A DNA stretch of 62,859 bases, filler included. It is 12 parts of 12 records of this genome, joined end to end, with 100 filler letters (N's around TTAATTAATTAA, not from the genome) between each part and the next. Parts side by side here need not be neighbours in the genome. Positions count along the whole stretch, not along the records: positions 31,637 to 37,860 come from SRR7504441_2123; positions 37,961 to 41,884 come from SRR7504441_2129; positions 41,985 to 47,538 come from SRR7504441_2131; 9 more parts are not named here. One strand, written 5' to 3'. Position numbers and translations under genes: made by a program. The stretch's first letter is position 1. Each line of letters begins with the position of its first letter. The notes beneath the pieces are model-generated. The model did not search any database. It worked only from the letters and a program-made list of their open reading frames with translations, and was not told the origin of the DNA. Of this stretch, positions 36,467 to 47,052 are shown piece after piece.

Positions 36467-37684
36467 TCATAATTGATCTGTCGGATCGACATACGGGTTA
36501 ATTAAGTCGGCCGCACCTTGTAACCTCTCACGCACACGAAGGCTCGCGCCTAGCATTGCCTGGCTCGGCCGCGTGCTCGTCGCGCCTAGCACTGCCTCAG
36601 ACGCTGTTTGGTCTAATTGGTTGGTCGTCGAGTTGCTTGCGAGCCTCGTCCGTCGGCGCTTGTCAGCTTCAAAGTCATTATCAGCTACCCGTTCAGCCTG
36701 CACACTGTAAACATGGCTGGTTCTGTCAGAGCGCACCTCGATCAACTTGAGAACCTGCGCGGCCGACTCCTCTTTGCCAGGCTGGAGGCAAGGTGGCCTA
36801 CTACACTCCTGAGCTAGCCCGAGTGCATCCTTCCCCGTCTGCCCCCACTGATCGCCAGCTGGCTTAGCTGCCCAACGCACCACTGTCTCGCGCACAGAGA
36901 GGCTCGCGCCTAGCCGTACAAGCATCTGCGCCGTATTCACACAGTGGTTGGCAATCGCGTGGTGCAGCGGCGTATACCCGAGCTGCCCCTCTGGTCGGCC
37001 ACGGCCGGGGCACAAGCCGAGTTACATATTTGTCCGGAACGTCCACAAGGCTCTCACCGTGCTCGCTGATCGCCTTGAGGAGCTTCTCCAGCGTCAGGTG
37101 CTGGTCGTTCCTCGCGAGCAGATGGAGAACCGTCCACCCATGCGGCTGGCACCCGAATGAGCGCGCGCGGCCGGGCTGGGCACCGAGTATCGCCCGGCGT
37201 ACTTATTCATGCTGCCCGTCCCAGTTAGTCCCTGCACCACCTCCAACATCTCCTCGAACCGGCCCTTCTGGGCCAACTCCAGCACGTAAAGGCAGGCAGC
37301 TTGCACCAGCCGCTCGGCCACTGCTCCCTCGGCGTAGAAGTCGGGCGTGTGCGCCTCCTCGTCGATGACTGCCGCCTCCCGGTTGCCGCCCCGTTCCAGC
37401 AGCTTCTCTACCTCGGCCATGTTGCCCCGCCTGGCGGCTTCGAAGATATTAATCGGCTGGACGTCATCAGAGTCCTTGGGGAAGAGCTCGTCGATCATGG
37501 TCAGCTCGGCCAACCGCTTGGCCCAGTCTGTGGCCACCATGCTGTACTTGACCCGGGCCCGCACCACCCGCAGCCCGGTGGCCTTGATAACCGGCCCAGC
37601 CGGCCGGAGTCGGCCCTTGGCCCGCTGCAGGCTGGCGGCATTGATGTCGCCCAGTCCCGGGGACGAACCGCCCTGGCTCGTCAT
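36467..37684 (-). CDS. Ankyrin repeat protein with possible N-terminal WH2-like motif
   Basis: LGDINAASLQRAKGRLRPA (WH2-like), IFEAARRGNMAEVEKLLERG, GWTVLH, GYTPLHHAIANH; several small introns. Confidence 0.72.
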
Positions 37685-37960
37685 CGCCCTGTCTGAGCTC
37701 CCGCCTCCGGAGGGGGCGGTGGCGGAGGAGCAGGAGCACGGGCTATAAAGCGGGGGAGGTCCCGGGCGGACGGCAGTCACCCGGTGTGGCCGATTCAACG
37801 GCTGATTTCCGTAGGTAACGTACCGGGACTAGGCCATTTTCCGGACCAGACCGTATGCTGNNNNNNNNNNNNNNNNNNNNNNNNNNNNNNNNNNNNNNNN
37901 NNNNTTAATTAATTAANNNNNNNNNNNNNNNNNNNNNNNNNNNNNNNNNNNNNNNNNNNN

Positions 37961-38003
<43 letters not shown>

Positions 38004-38065
38004 CTTTAGATGGATACAATTAATTAAAGTATTGTATTGTACGTACGAGACTCGAGTGGGTACTT

Positions 38066-38098
38066 TGTGCGCTTTATGTGCGCTTTATGTGCGCTTCA
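38066..38098 (+). repeat. 11-bp tandem repeat x3
   Basis: tgtgcgcttta tgtgcgcttta tgtgcgcttca, in the convergent 3' region. Confidence 0.8.
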
Positions 38099-38138
38099 CT
38101 TGAATGTAGTGAAGCGTACCTGTATTCTCACGAGTTGA

Positions 38139-39740
38139 TCACAACTCAGACACAAACTGCGGCAACACGTCGAGCACCTGCCAGTTAAATAATAATGCGC
38201 GGCTACACATAATGATTATATTCGAGGGCCTCACCCTGAACACCTTGTCTGTTGGTAGCCTATCCACAACAGTTGGGTTCGTGTTGGCCACATAAAACTG
38301 TTCAAAAACACTCCTATCGCCCCCCGCGCAGAAGCGGCTCCAAGAATCGCCCGGGAACCCCTGTGCAGCCGCCTCCTTGCCCGGCCCCGGCGGGGAGCAC
38401 CGCATGCACGCAGAAGGCGCTCACAGCCTGCGCTCCGGCCTCTTTGAGCGCCTGGGCACAACCGACTAGCGTGCCGCCGGTCTGGCTCCCAGTCCATCAG
38501 GCCGGCGGGGGCAACAGGAGTGCCTTAACGATGTCGTCGACTATCAGCACGTGATGGCCTGCAGGCGAGCCGTCTTGTATCACCACCACCCGGTTCTCGC
38601 CCACACGCTGCTTGCCACACACCTGCCGCCCAGCTGGTGCCCACGTGCAGCCAACGGTGCACCGTCAACGGAAACTCCGAGAACAAGTCACCAAACCGCT
38701 TCTGCGCGCCCTCGTCAGGAAAGGCAATTGCCTGTCCACCAGTCAGAGCTCTTCAATCATATACTATATCGATTCGAGCGGCACCGAGACGGGGCAGTCT
38801 GGCTTGGACAGCTCAGCTAGAATTAGCGGGACAGTCGAGTGCAGTGTGCAGATCGCGTTGGTGTGGAAGTAGAATCTGCGGCTTGTTGGTGCGGCCAGGC
38901 CTCCAGATGGCACCTGTTCTGAAGGGTGTGCAGGTCGAATGTCATGATTCTCGCTGGAGGGCCAAAGTTGGGCAGATGAGACAGCATCCGGGCCACGGCT
39001 GCCCGCGGGGTGAGCGTTGGAGGTGCGGCAACGGACTGTTGGCAGTGGCCACCCTGCCTTCCTCGACTATTCGTTCCATTGTCGCCATAGGGAAGTAGGG
39101 GCAATACACTGTGAGCTGCGCCGGCTCGCCCTGAGCCAGCGGGGAGCCCACCGTCTTGGGGAACGACTCGCACAAGGCGGTGAGTGCGTGCATCTGCCGG
39201 GTGTCAGGTGCCTAACAGCAGCGCCAGTCTGGCCTGGGAGAGAATCGCGTCGTTGGAATTGAAATCGGCAACAAACAGCACCTGCGGACTGCGGCTGGGG
39301 CACAGCGGGCCAGGGGCGGGTCACGTGCGAGCCGCGTATTAGATTGGACGGCGTGAACCCTCCGAGCAGGATGTTGTCCATGTTCGAGTCAGCGAACTTT
39401 CCCCAGATGCTCGGACAGTACAGAAACCTGCCCGCAGGCTGGTGCCTTGCACCAGCTGCAGCTCTACCGTTGGTTGTCGTACACGACCAGCCTGTCCCCC
39501 AGAGCTGGTCGGGCGGCACGGCCGGCGGCCGCACCGCTCGGCGAACCGCTCGCAGCTAGAGTAAGAGAGCACCTGCCGTTAGCTCGGGCCAGCCCCGGGC
39601 CGCCGGGCACGATGTACGAGGCCCGGCGCTGGTAGAACTTGGCCGGCGTGACCGGCGAGCTGAGCGGATGCACCTGCGCCCGCCCGCTCGCCGAGTGGCT
39701 CGCTGCGTGAGGCCTTTTGCGCCTTTTTCGGTGGCTCCAT
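38139..39740 (-). CDS. Class II (plant PRS3/PRS4-like) ribose-phosphate pyrophosphokinase
   Basis: About 14 small introns (3 GC-AG). The spliced product has WGKFADS, IRGSHVLF, PYFPMATMERIVEEGRVATANTVARMLS, FDLHTLQNRFYF, IAFPDEGAQKRF, HVLIVDDIVKTGGTL and SAFCVHAGFP. Confidence 0.9.
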
Positions 39741-39821
39741 CCCGCAGGCCGTTAGAGTAACTCGAGTAACGCCGGACTGCCCGGAGCTTAAGCGGAGTGA
39801 GCGCGGGAAAATCATCAAGGG
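39741..39821. promoter_or_regulatory. 81-bp bidirectional spacer between PRPP synthetase and the Tudor/aGPT-Pplase1/PHD gene
   Basis: Opposed ATGs at 39740(-) and 39822(+); CCGTTA at 39749-39754 and two GAGTAAC direct repeats. Confidence 0.55.
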
Positions 39822-41575
39822 ATGGCACGGGTGCGTGTGCTGTGGCCGGGCGACGGTTGGTGGACCGGGCGGGCGGAGGGCCCGCAACGGGATGGGACCT
39901 ACAAGGTTGCAATGGCCAAGTCAGCTCTAGCTGATCGCCGTGTCCGTTGCAGGTTGCCTGGGACGGTGACCCGAGTTACAGCCGACTTTCTCCCGACCAG
40001 ATCCAGGCGCCTGTCCGGCTGGTCCCGTTGAACGTCCGTTGCACAGGAGTGGATCGACCCACCGCCGATTGGCCGGAAGCGCCCGGCTGATCCGGCCCGG
40101 TCGGCGCGCAAGTGCGCCAAGACGAGTAGTACAGTGGCACAGCAGGCGAGCCGCCCACCTCCACGCATACCACCGTTGAGCCAGGTCGAACGGTTCTATC
40201 GGTTCGTTCACGAACGGCAGCAGCGCTGGGTGGCCAAAGTCCTTCATGGTCGTTGCTTTCGGTTGAAAGGGGGCAGGTGACCGGTCGGGAGGAGTGTGGC
40301 TCAGGGCCGCTGTACACGGCTTGGCTTTGCAATGCGTACCGCGAGCTCGATCGGTGTGCAACTTGGCTGACCGGATCCGACTGTGTGCAGCGGGACGGTC
40401 TACTTCCAGGCCGAGCTCCGCCGGCACCGGGCAGCCAGCCCACTCGAGCCCTTAGAGGAGCTGGACCGATCGGCCTGGCTGGCAATAGCGTACCGGCTGG
40501 TGAATCGGGTGGAGACTTTCGTTGGACTTGGTGCGACTTTGGTGGCCATTGATCGGAATCTGGCCAGGTGGGATCCCGTCCAAAGCGCGCTGGACCGAGT
40601 TTGCAACCCAGCTCAGACTGCAGGCAAGCTCGGGCGAGACGGTGTTCACAGGGGCCCACAACGTGATCGGGCTGCGCCGCTATCTGGTCACAATTGAGCT
40701 GGTGCTCGCCAAGGAGGGCTGGGCCAGCAGACTGCTGGCTGCGGCCCGATCCAGTGGGGCGCAGGGTGCGGCCTGCGCCAGCTGTGGCCGGCTGAGTGGC
40801 AACAGGGTTGTATAACGAGCTCATTCAGTTGCCTCATCTGGGCCCGTTCTTCTCCTGGCAGATCACTTGCGACGTGATCGAGTCCGGGGCGCTCGCCCGA
40901 TTGGGTGTGCCCATAGACGAAGACGCGTGGTGCAAGGTGACTCTTGGTAGCACGACGCTGATTGGAGTCCGCAGCTGGGGCCGGGAGCGCTCAAGGGGCT
41001 GGAGATCATCTACGGCAGGCGAGCTGTTCTGCAGGACCAGGCCCGACCCATATTTGATTTATTACTCACACTGGTGTGCAGCTGGGAAGGGCCAAGGCCC
41101 TCCGATCCGCTCAGCACAAGACATTTGGGCAGATTGGGGTGTGTCGGCATCACTGGTTTAAATCAGACTGAGCCTCGGGCAGGCCGCCTTCCACTTCTTT
41201 GCGGGTTGGCCTTTGACTCTAAAGAACATTGAGCATGCGCTCTGTGAGTTCCAGAAGGTCGCTGCTTGTGAGCCGGCGGAGTAGTCACATGGTTGCCAGG
41301 TATACAACAAGAGTTGCAGTCGGCGGTACAGGAGCCGGGCTCATCTAGATTGCGCCGAGCCTTGCCTCCGGGCCGGGTGCCAGTTGGGCCCGGAGCACGA
41401 CCAGCAAGCTATACTGTGTGAACTATGCGGCGCAGCCTGCCACCTGCAGTGCTTGACAGTTCTGTTAGACGAACCGCCAGAGGCTGAGTGGCTTTGCCCG
41501 CAGTGCGCGCCCAGGGCGGCCGCTGGATGGGCGCCACAAAATATGAAACCGATATCAAACCCAACTATTGAGTGA
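39822..41575 (+). CDS. Tudor-like domain + aGPT-Pplase1 (5-hmdU DNA kinase helical-domain family) + PHD finger protein
   Basis: Introns at 39906-39952, 40007-40046 (GC), possibly 40146-40184 (GC, in-frame), 40239-40276, 40354-40390, 40531-40567, 40766-40805, 40937-40974, 41041-41081 (GC), 41139-41182 and 41258-41299 give one open frame. Motifs: FYRFVHERQQRW, CNAYRELDRGT, YRLVNRVETF, VFTGAH, LGPFFSWQITCD, LGPGALKGL, LTLKNIEHALCEFQK, then C-x4-C..LCELCGAACHLQC..WLCPQC. Confidence 0.85.
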
Positions 41576-41674
41576 AGTAATTAGTTATTAGTTATAAAAC
41601 AAATGTTCAATAAGGTACGGTAGCTAGCTACTGCTGCGCATGTAATATTTGGGGTGCCTGTCCGGAGTCGGCCA

Positions 41675-41884
41675 ATGGCCACGGACGCCGAGCCGTACGG
41701 GGCCACCTGGGGGGAGCTGTCGCCCTGGGAGGCGACGGGGCCGATAGAATGCCCCGTCCGGCACCGGGAGCCCACCTTCGAGCCGCCCCGGCCTCTTCCG
41801 CCCCCCCGGCGCCCGGCGCCGCCGGCACCTGGGCTGCTGCGGAGCCTGCCCCCGCACCGGCACCGGGCGCTGTCTCCAGTGGGC
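41675..41884 (+). CDS. 5' fragment of a proline-rich hypothetical protein
   Basis: ATG at 41675 opens a GC-rich frame that runs into the contig end. Confidence 0.4.
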
Positions 41885-42043
41885 NNNNNNNNNNNNNNNN
41901 NNNNNNNNNNNNNNNNNNNNNNNNNNNNTTAATTAATTAANNNNNNNNNNNNNNNNNNNNNNNNNNNNNNNNNNNNNNNNNNNNGGCAGCTCCCACTCGC
42001 CCAGCCAGACCACCCTGCTCGGAGGTTCTGTCACTCCGGCCAT

Positions 42044-42080
42044 GGTTTGTCCGTTGCAAAATCCGTTGAGGTCTTGTTGC
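42044..42080. promoter_or_regulatory. 37-bp divergent spacer with two YAACGG motifs
   Basis: CCGTTG at 42051 and 42063 between ATG 42043(-) (fragment MAGVTEPPSRVVWLGEWEL) and ATG 42081(+). Confidence 0.5.
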
Positions 42081-44237
42081 ATGGCTGCACCGCTTTGCGG
42101 CCACCTCCCCTCCCCGGGCCCGGCCGCAGCGGGCGCCCCCAGCCGCCCCCCGGGCCGGCAGCGGTGCACTCGCCCGGCCGGCCCCGCTCAGCCCGGCCAC
42201 AGCTGGCGGTCATCCCCCGAGATCAGCGTCCACCTCGCTTGCGACAAGCTAGAGGAGTGCCTAGAGGTCAGCTCAGCGCTAGGACTCAGGCCGTTGCCCG
42301 CTGCCAGGCCCGACGGCGGCCACGCGCCGCCGGCGGGCCGGCTCGGCCAGGGGGCTGATCCCTAACTGCAGCCGCAGGCGCTGCAGCGGACGCCGCGGTC
42401 GCCGGTGGAGGGGGCGGCGGCCGAGGGGGGCGGGGGGCGCGGGGTGGACCAGCTGGTGGAAGGGCTGCGAGAGGATAACCAGGTGATGGCGGTACCGGCG
42501 GCTGGTCGGGGTTGAGCTATTTTTAGGAGTTGCGGGCGAGCCTGGCGCTGGCTGAGGACGAGGTGTTGACTTGGCGCCCTGAGGGGGGGAGCAGGGGCGC
42601 AGGGCGCCGAGCTCGCAGGGCAGCTGGCCCAGACCGAGGAGCAGCGGGCGAGGCTGGCGCGGCGGGTCCAGGCGCTCGAGGCCAGGCTGGACGATGCCGC
42701 CGCCGAGCGCGAGCCTGTGCTGCAACAGGCGTCGAGTCCGGTGACGATTCACCGCAACGGCGATTTAACGGACATTTTAACTGAAGGTGGACGCGGAACT
42801 GGCCCGGCTGCGGCGGGAATTGGCCGACGGGCTGGAGGGGCTGGGCGGGAGCGGAGGACAGGGGAAGGTGCGGCCGGCCGGCGGGTGGAGGCCTGACTGA
42901 AGGGAAGGCGGGCGACGTGGCATTGAGTGAGCGGGTGGAGGTGTGACAGTTACCTTCCTGATAAGGAAATAATCTGTTAACAGGCGGCCGAGCTGCGGGC
43001 GGCCCTGCTGGAGCAGCAGCTGCGGGCAGTGCAGGCAGCGATTTTTAACAGATGTTAACGGACTTTTAACTGACATTTGGACAGGACGAGTTAGACAATG
43101 AGCAGGCGAGCCACGAGGAAGTGTATGAGAAGCTTTCCGTTAGAATAACGGAAATCGCCGAGATCCAGGCGCTGCAGGTGACAGTGTGACTGTCACGGTG
43201 CTGAGTAACTGCGCAGGGGAGAGTCCAGAGGAGTCAAGCGGGGGCGTGGGCACACCCGCAGCAGGATGGCGAGGACCTGGAGGCTTGGCGACAGGCCAGC
43301 TGCCAGCAGGCGCGGCCTGGACCGGCGGCCGAGCTTAGCCGGTGCTAGGTGGCGCAGGAGTTGGCTAAAGTGCAGGCGAGGGCAGAGACAGCGGCCAGAT
43401 TGGTGCTCGATCTATTATTATTAGTTACTAATGGTGTAGCGATTAGCTACTACTGTTATGGCAGCGTATGGTGCTGAGCTGTGCGCCAGCTGCTCGGTGC
43501 AGAACACTGCTTCATTAAGGCCCAACGAGCCCACTCAGACGAGCTGAGTACAGCCCAGGCGCTCTCTAACTGCATTTAACGGAAGTTAACGGCAAGTCCA
43601 GGCGCTTCGGTCAGAGATTAAGCGACTGGAAGCAGCGCCGCTCGGTGCTTTATGTTGTGAGATTATTCAGCCGCCTGTGAGCTCTGTGTGGTCAGATGGG
43701 TTGTTTGATACTGGGACTAGTGCAGAACGGGAGATTTCGGAGCTGAGCTTGTGCTAAGAATAGATGTCGGTTGGAGATGATTGGTGGCAGGTTTGGGAGT
43801 ATCCCGTTCTCTGAGGACGAATATGAGGTGTGACTGTTACCTTCCGAATAAGGAAATAATCTGTTAACAGGACATGAAAACCTTTGAAGTGGACCCTGCG
43901 GACGTCCAGCTGTTGATGGCCAGGCCAGCAGGTAGCTGCCTCAATCTTTGGTGATCTGCTACACACATCATCAAGCCTAAGCGTCAGTGTCCTTGTCCAG
44001 TGATGCCGGCCCTGTTGAGTGCTCTGTGCTGCGCCAAGTGATGCTCTGCTTACCCGATTGAGGAGAGCCATAAGGTCTCAAAACAAGGAGAGTGTCTTGC
44101 CGCCGTTGTCAGATACAATGGAACCTAAGGAAGATACTCTCCCGCCTTTGTTACCTGCTGGGCTGCTCGGTTCAACGGTTAGCGGCTCGTTACCTGGAGA
44201 GACAGAGCAATCACCTGTGGGTGCTTCACTGTTGTAG
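42081..44237 (+). CDS. Intron-dense coiled-coil hypothetical protein
   Basis: At least 15 short introns join heptad-like exons (LVEGLREDNQ-ELRASLALAEDE-GAELAGQLAQTEEQRARLARRVQALEARL, AAELRAALLEQQLRAVQ-DELDNEQASHEEVYEKL, ALRSEIKRLEAA). The last junctions are uncertain. Confidence 0.6.
42941..42983 (+). repeat. Repeated 43-nt intron, copy 1 (introner-like)
   Basis: gtgtgacagttaccttcctgataaggaaataatctgttaacag; 40/43 identical to 43828-43870. Confidence 0.85.
43828..43870 (+). repeat. Repeated 43-nt intron, copy 2 (introner-like)
   Basis: gtgtgactgttaccttccgaataaggaaataatctgttaacag; flanking exons are unrelated to those of copy 1. Confidence 0.85.
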
Positions 44238-44324
44238 CGTCATGATACGTACGACCACTGGATTGTAGATGTTAGAACAAGTCAATAGTACTAAATTGCC
44301 TTAATTTTAGCTTTATGCATGGTT

Positions 44325-44784
44325 TTATTGAATGGTGAGCTTGACACTTTGCTGCCTAGATGGTCTGTCAAACACTGTATCGCTCTGAACTCCGTGTGCA
44401 ACCAGCTGATGAATGGCGTTATTCATCCTGCCGTCGATGGCAAGATTCATGGGCGTCTCTCCGGTTTTCGTTCGCGCATTCACATCCGCAAATGCGTGAA
44501 GCAAGACTTCTACCATGGGCTCGTCCTTATTGCGACAAGCGTATATCAGAGCCGACACCCCGTTCATGTCCTGCTCATTCGGGTTAGCTTGGTAATCGAG
44601 CAGCCTTGGCGCACGCAGCCAGGAACGGCGTGGTGCCCGCCTCACTCGGGGTGTTCAGGTTAGCAGCATACCTACGCAGCACTCGTCAAGCCAGACAGTG
44701 GATGGCAACTGTCACGCTTTGAGCAGCTTGGCAACTTCGCCCGGCTCCCACCGCCATCTCCTCCAGAGAGGTGGCGTCCGTCAT
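44325..44784 (-). CDS. Small ankyrin repeat protein
   Basis: Two introns; RLLDYQANPNEQDMNGVSALIYAC, LLHAFADVNARTKTGETPMNLA. Confidence 0.8.
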
Positions 44785-44868
44785 CGCCTACAGGCCTCCA
44801 GCCCCCTGTGCTTCCCGAATAAGCGCGTCTCGATTTTTTTTTATTGACGCCCGAAAGGATGTAGAGAA

Positions 44869-47052
44869 ATGCCCAGCAGGGTCCTGAGGCCGGAGCGGTG
44901 GGTGTGCACTGCGCTGAGGCTGATATGCCTGGCGGTTGGGATCGGGCCTGCTGCGCCAGTCAGTCAGTTCCCCTGTGCAGCTACCGCCGGCTCCTCCGGC
45001 CCCTTCCAGACAGTTGCTCAAACGGTGAAGCAGCTGGACAGTGACGGCACCTGGAGCACCTTCTGGGACCTGTCAGCCTCTTCGGCCTGGAGTGCAGCAA
45101 TCAGCATGTACAATGCGGCGGACATCAGCCCGATTGACAAGATTCTGTATGCATACGTTGCCAGGCTTGGCCAGGCGCGCACAGAGCCACGCTATATTGT
45201 TCGTTTGGATCTGACCAGCTTCGAGTATGTTGTGAAAGGTGGGCCGCACCAGACTGCAGGCAGTGCTGAGTGGCTCGGCGCAGGTGTGGTGATCCCGGGA
45301 GCAAACTCATTTTCAGGCGGATTCGCCCCCAGCGGTGACTATTATAATCTCGCTGTCCAAACAACGGGTCCAACAGCGAGTGGGAGAGTGGATCTGATGC
45401 GGGTGGGTGCCATCGCCCCTTGCTTATGACGCAGCACGCTGCAGGTGCCCCGGCCGGATCTGCTATCGGGTTACAGCGCACACACTGCTGTCCCATCGTC
45501 GGCTGACTATGGCTCGACAGCATCAGCTATCACTGATTCTTCTCAAGGAGGCTTGTTCACGGTGCTTAACGGTCAATATGGCAATGTCGCCGATCTTGTG
45601 GGGATTGCCTACGACGTGCTTGGCACGGGTAGCGATCAGGAATGGATGATGGGCTTGTATGGTGCCACTTTGCTTGTGGTAAGATCCTAGATTGCAATGA
45701 GCTGATAACCACTGTGCTGCAGATCCGAGTGGATACCTGCAACAGCATGGTCACCCAAGGATCACTGGTGCGCTTAAAGCACCGTAGGCAATAGCGGCGG
45801 TTGCAGGTGTCTGGTTCCTGTACGACAACTGGGGTGGATTGGCAAGTCACACTCGGATCTACCGTAGTTTTGGGTGATTACTTTGGAGCTGGAACCGTGT
45901 ACAAGGATTCAAGCAACGTCCAGCATATTTACTTCATGTCGAATTCAGGTCAAGGGATTTTTGAAGTTCTTCTCAGCACCTTGAGCCTGTCAAGCACAGC
46001 TGGAACGTGGAGCCCTGGATCAGGGACTGGAACTGTGGAGCTGCTGGGTGCTCCATCTGCTGGAAACAAACAAAATGATGGCATCACGTGCAGAGATCTG
46101 ATCCCAATCGTTTTTGAAAGGTTCGGCTCCATTTGATGTGGCCCATGAGTGCTGTCCTTGAATTGGCAGGTGCGGAGACCAAACTGGAACAACAACAGCC
46201 CCAAACCCAGATCCGATTACCGATAATCAATGCAATGGGTGTGACGCCAACGGGAATTCTTGCGCCATCAGCGGCTTTGCTTACAATTCCGCCAATGAAG
46301 GACGGCGAGTGTAGCCCACCCTGCCTGCGTTGAGTTATGCTGCAGGTCGTGTTCCAATGTGCCTTGCGCTGTTGGGACTTCCTCCGGAGCTGATCAATCT
46401 CTGTGGGTTTCTAGTCGCAGCAAAGGCAGTTGAAGCGTCGCTCTGTACCTACGGCTTTCCAATAATAGACGGGAGTGAAAGCCAACGCAATGTGTGTAAC
46501 TTTGGGATGGCTGCGTCTCTCTGGCTCTTAGTAGGCTCGATGGGGGTGGTAGCATGGGAGATGAATGAAGCAAACGGTAGCGAGGCACTGCAGTGGACCT
46601 GGACTGTCCTCGCACTGCTCTCGGCCTTGATCCCGATCATTGCTGGCTGGGTTGATGGATGCATTCCAGTCTCCGAAGAGCGCACAGTCCACGGTGAAGA
46701 CATCCCGAAGGAGGTCATCACCTTCAAGCGAGCAGAATTCTCTGTCATCTCAAATCCCATCAGAATGCAGGACCAGCGCGAGCAAGCGATGCAAAGCACC
46801 GTGGAAGCGGGCCCAAAGGCGGATCCAACACCGATAAGCCCTGTTCCTCCGGCAAACAGCCCTTCAGATCAGGAATTTACTCCAGAAAAGGACCTAGCTC
46901 GTCTATCGAAGAAAGAGGGCCAACTAAAACTGAGTGCTCTCCGAGTGAAGCGTGATAGGGGCGAGCTTTCTCAGGCTGAGTATAGAGATAAAAAGTGCGA
47001 GATCAAGAAGCAATGTGCTCGATGGCGATCAATTCAAGGGCCACATATGTAA
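44869..47052 (+). CDS. Surface protein: signal peptide, beta-propeller-like ectodomain, Cys-rich stalk, about 3 TM helices, SHOCT-like tail
   Basis: Same-strand ORFs 44869-45429, 45445-45690, 45801-46136 and 46330-47052 are linked by short introns. YNAADISPIDKILYAY..IVRLD, YFGAG, NDGITC, hydrophobic helices, LSALRVKRDRGELSQAEYRDKKCEI. Confidence 0.6.

Noticed and set aside
37744-37750. TATAAA box for the ankyrin gene
   Set aside because: It is on the plus strand, the wrong orientation for the minus-strand gene, and the partner gene lies beyond the contig end.
38139-41575. Alternative genetic code or programmed frameshifting to explain broken ORFs
   Set aside because: Short GT/GC-AG introns account for the frame breaks in conserved proteins, and TAA, TAG and TGA all terminate genes.
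39822-41575. Prophage, giant-virus insert or bacterial contamination as source of the phage-type domain
   Set aside because: The gene has host-style introns and eukaryotic chromatin domains, and no viral genes flank it.
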